DNA of 64,000 nucleotides from Eledone cirrhosa (taxonomy: Eukaryota): NCBI GenBank assembly GCA_964016885.1, contig OZ024749.1, forward strand, positions 2,232,001 to 2,296,000, in the 5' to 3' direction. The notes under the pieces are model-generated. The model was not told the DNA's origin, did not search any database, and was given only the letters and a program-made list of their open reading frames with translations. Below are positions 59,760 to 64,000 of the stretch, one piece after another. The position numbers and the translations under genes are program-made. Numbering within the stretch: the stretch's first letter is position 1; each line of letters opens with the position of its first letter.

Positions 59760-60219
59760 AGAATTTACAAGAATGAAAGCTATGTTCAAAGCATTTATTC
59801 ACTTACAATTACGGAGCATTTTTCAATGTTTGTACACATAATTGACCTCCTTTCCAACGCAAGAGGCATACAGATACATATATATATATATTGATGTACA
59901 GTGGAGTGACATATATTATACTATATTATTTCTGTATAGCAATTCAAATTCAAAATCAAAATTAAAATTAAAACAAAATTAAAATACATTCGGCAGTTAA
60001 CACAGATAATGCAAGAGGATAGTTTGTTAGTCAGATGTAGTAGTTAGTGTATGCGTTAGTTACACGTGGCATGCAAGTGTGTCTCATTTATATATGATTA
60101 TTGTGTGGCAGGGTGTTACATGTAATACAAGCACTTTAAACGAAGACTCCAAGCCTAGGTTTGGATGAAACAATTGTAAGTGAATACATGCTTTGAACAT
60201 AGCTTTGATTCTTGTGAAT

Positions 60220-60222
<3 letters not shown>
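59760..60222 (+). mobile_element. PLE-like fragment with inverted ends and a decayed hammerhead (60132-60182)
   Basis: 59760-59810 mirrors 60172-60221; CACT-ttaaacgaaga-c TCCAAGC ctag GTTTGGA t-GAAA-caattg-TA-AGTG. Confidence 0.5.
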
Positions 60223-60252
<30 letters not shown>

Positions 60253-60298
60253 GTGTGTGTGTAAAAGGTAAATAGAAATAACAACACAATATATATAT

Positions 60299-60362
<64 letters not shown>

Positions 60363-60509
60363 TTATTAAAATAACAGATTAAAGTTTAAGCAAAGAATCG
60401 CTGCTTTCACCCTTAACGGGATCTTCTGAAACTAACAAAGTCAATCTGTAAACGCAGAACTGGATATTTCAAAAAACGTTGCAACCGGAGGAAGACAGGT
60501 AGACGATAC

Positions 60510-60806
60510 ATGCATACCCTTTCTTTTCGTTACCCTCTAAGAAGGAATATGACGTCACTTTCAGCTTATATCTGGAGTCTAAAAGACAACCACACCCAAT
60601 ATAAGTTACACTGGGAGACCCTAGCTAGGGCTAGATCGTATAACGGAAATAAAAGACCATGTGACCTCTGCGCCGCTGAGGCCCTGGAAATACTCTACGC
60701 TACAGACCACATCTTAAACAAAAAATCTGAGGCAATTTCGGCTTGTAAACATAAATTGCACAAAACTTTCCTGTATTACAGCCCCACGTTATACCCTAAC
60801 GGATAG
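60510..60806 (+). pseudogene. C-terminal part of a PLE GIY-YIG endonuclease
   Basis: H..SFR...TSLSAYIWSLKD...Y...WE.L..A..Y....CDLC..E..EI....ILNKKSE.IS.CKHK is the characteristic PLE endonuclease C-terminal pattern. Confidence 0.88.
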
Positions 60807-61595
60807 CACGATCTATACGTGGATATTTTACGTCTTGATGTGGGAGCTAAGTATATGTTTTGTTTATTCCTTTACTTATTTGCATAGGTAAGTATATATT
60901 ACCCGTATGTTTTGTGAAGGTATGTATACCTTCTCGTACGTATATTTGACTGTTATAGCGTATAATTTTTACATATTCTGGTATTTAGGGTTTGGCTATG
61001 TGTATACGGGAGTTTTGCGTCCGGGTGAGTGTGCAGGTTCGTACGTATGGTGGGTGTGTGTATATGTGTACTTCTTGTTTTAGTTGACTTACGTCTCCGA
61101 ACATTCGTGTATTTATATGTAGGTATGCGTGTGCGCTTGTTATATACGTATTTATTTACTTATATACGTTTATATAATTATGTATTTATTTGTACACAAG
61201 CATACACAGACACACATATTTATATGTGCGTGGTTTTGTATACCCATGGTAAAGTTTTGCGTATGCTTGTGTATGTACGTATCTGTTTGCGTGTATGTAT
61301 TTATTTGTTTCTATTACTTCTGTATTGTATTTATTTACTTTGTTCTTAACTCTGTAGCGGACATTCATTTGGTCTCCTAGTTAGAATTTTAGTCTACGAT
61401 TTCTGCTATACCATTTACGTGGTTTTGTCTTTGCGCGTAATTGTTTTTCACCGCTCCTATTAATGACGTATTATTCGTTTTACCCCGTTCTTTGCCAGCG
61501 AACGTTACCACGAACCAAAGTATCGTCTTCCTGTCTTCCTCCGGTTGCAACGTTTTTTGAAATATCCAGTTCTTCGTTTACAGATTGACTTTGTT

Positions 61596-61646
61596 AGTTT
61601 CAGAAGATCCCGTTAAGGGTGAAAGCAGCGATTCTTTGCTTAAACT
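61596..61646 (+). ncRNA. Hammerhead-like motif with CAGAAGA core (U4>A)
   Basis: AGTTT-CAGAAGA-tCCC gttaa GGGt-GAAA-GCA gcgattctt TGC-TT-AAACT; all three stems pair. Confidence 0.6.
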
Positions 61647-61940
61647 TTAATCTGTTATTTTAATAAATATTTGCTCTACGGTTCTTATATATTTGATATA
61701 TATTTTCCTTATCGAGCCCTCTTTGGATTTTAGTCTTCAATTTTATTATTATTACTATATGTATATATATATATATATATAAAATATATATGTACACACA
61801 CACACACATATATATGACTGTGGTTGTATATTAAATAATATACAAAATTTTTCCTGTAAATAAACATACAGCCATTTAATGAGTTTTAAAAATGGCATAT
61901 TTCAACATTGGTTTTTAGCAACAAAGCAAGAACAGCCTAA

Positions 61941-62207
61941 CTGATGTTACTGGTAAATGTACCATCTTTAGAGCTGTATACTCTACTGATGCTGTTGGTA
62001 AATGTACCAACTTTAGAGGGGTTTACTCTACTGGTGTTGTTGGTAAATGTACCAACTTTAGAGGGGTTTACTCTACTGATGCTGTTGGTAAATGTACCAA
62101 CTTTAGAGGGGTTTACTCTGATGATGTTACTGGTAAATGTACCAATTTTAGAGGGGTTTACTCTACTGATGTTGTTGGTAAATGTCCCAACTTTAGAGGG
62201 GTTTACT
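61941..62207. repeat. 45-bp minisatellite, about 6 copies
   Basis: CTGATGCTGTTGGTAAATGTACCAACTTTAGAGGGGTTTACTCTA repeated. Confidence 0.92.
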
Positions 62208-62299
62208 CACCTCAGAAGCTAACAACTAGTGTTTATGCTTCTTAACATCGACTGATGACACCAATTTGCATACATAATAAAAGCTGGAGGGCTGTAATT

Positions 62300-62486
62300 A
62301 ATTGTTTCTATTTTTGGCACAGGGCCAGCAATTACCCCAGTGCATTACTGGTACTTTATTTTATTTTCCCCGCAAGGATGAAACACAATGTTTGCCCGCG
62401 GGATTTGAAATTAGAACATAAAGGGCTATAACTCTGTGCTGCAAAGCATGGCATCTGACGCTCTACCGATTACTGATAATCCACCA
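62300..62486 (-). mobile_element. Diverged SINE (6441 family)
   Basis: Reverse complement of the SINE head, B box and tail. Confidence 0.75.
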
Positions 62487-62741
62487 AATTAATGAGTTAA
62501 TAATAATTAGACATAGCACGATTGATACGGAGTTTTAATTAAATCTGATTCCACTGATTATGACCCCCGATAATTTCAATACTCCCCCCCCCTCTCTCTC
62601 GCTCTCTCTCTCTATATATATATATATACATATATATATTATATATATGTGTGTGTATGTGTGTGTGTATTGTATCATATATACATAGTATTATATATAT
62701 ATGTGTGTGTGTGTCTATATTGTATTATATATATGTGTGTG

Positions 62742-62890
<149 letters not shown>

Positions 62891-62905
62891 CTGTGTGTGT
62901 GTATA

Positions 62906-62966
<61 letters not shown>

Positions 62967-62970
62967 GTGA

Positions 62971-63017
<47 letters not shown>

Positions 63018-63704
63018 TGTATTTATGTGTTTATGTATGTATGTGTGATGTATAGACAAATTATATGAGTAGCGTAACTTTCCGGAAACATTAGCGCTCC
63101 AGCAAGAAGATAAATAAGAATAATTGGTAGAAAACACACTTCATAGGAAAACTATTCCGTCTTGTATATATGTGCAACTATAGAATATTCCTTTCCAATA
63201 TATGTATATATGAAATATTGTGTATGTATATATGAAATATTGTGTATGTATATATTATAGAAGATTTTCTATGTATGGACAATTGCCAGTGAAGAATTCA
63301 AGGTAACATTTCAACTGGCAGACAGATGCAGAATGATAACAAAGAAACAAATATAAAAAAGCACAGAAAACGAAAGAAATATTGAAGGCATACAAAAATA
63401 TTTCCCGTTTCGAGAAGGTACGAAAATAGAAAGAGAGACAGGACTAAGGAAAGGAATTGGGACGTTACATGAAATGGTTTCACCTTCAAATGTCTGCGGT
63501 GCATTAATATAATCTCAAATAGCTGGCCCTCTGCCTAACAAACATTACCATTCTTTGCTTTACGTTTGTCTGTCTTCTCTACAGACACACACAGAAATGT
63601 GTGGTGGTAGCCGTTTCTCTTATTCATTCATTTTATTTTACATTTGTTTTTCTTTACTGGGACCTCCTTTATTTCTGCTTCTCCTTTCTGGTCCTGTCTC
63701 TATG

Positions 63705-63845
63705 TGTACTCCTGAAGAAGGGCTGAAGCCCGACACGTCGTACTTTCTTTCCCCTTCTCCATATAAAGCGTGGAACTAATAACACTCTTTGTACCTTACG
63801 TAGAGCCCTCTTATTACCTTTACCCTTTCTACGGAGATACATAAC
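63705..63845 (+). mobile_element. PLE-like terminus with a decayed hammerhead
   Basis: GTACTC-CTGAAGA-aGGGC tgaa GCCC-GACA-CGTC-gtac (GAAA>GACA). Confidence 0.5.
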
Positions 63846-63855
63846 ACACACACAG

Positions 63856-63973
<118 letters not shown>

Positions 63974-64000
63974 TGTATATGATTCAGTGTATTACTTGCT

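Larger units (their letters stand above)
60358..61760 (+). mobile_element. 5'-truncated Penelope-like retroelement: inverted terminal copy, GIY-YIG C-terminus, 3' UTR, terminal repeat
   Basis: 60358-60509 is the reverse complement of 61520-61670; coding fragment lies between them; (TA)n on both flanks. Confidence 0.88.

Noticed and set aside
61944-62222. 15-aa repeat protein LLVNVPTLEGFTLLM
   Set aside because: 45-bp minisatellite that is in frame only because the unit is divisible by 3; no gene context

Overview
This is eukaryotic, very AT-rich, repeat-saturated DNA. The SINE families and (TA)n density look like cephalopod (octopus-like) intronic or intergenic sequence; that assignment is an inference. 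No intact host gene can be supported, and almost all ORFs in the track are microsatellite translation artefacts. Recognisable content: an internally deleted mariner (8892-9777); an internally deleted hAT with a perfect 8-bp TSD (49892-52239); remnants of Tx1/L1, CRE and RTE retrotransposons; more than 10 copies of a tRNA-derived SINE; three kb-scale minisatellites (31, 52 and 50 bp units); and a ~10 kb CAAGTAT(TA)n compound satellite with an internal fold-back. The main unexplained signal is a dense population of short Penelope-like retroelement (PLE) termini inserted in (TA)n tracts, usually as inverted duplications. They carry type I hammerhead-ribozyme motifs from several unrelated families: some intact, some decayed, some with recurrent core variants (U3-A8, A4, contracted core). 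All alignments and folds were done by eye and coordinates are approximate to a few bases.
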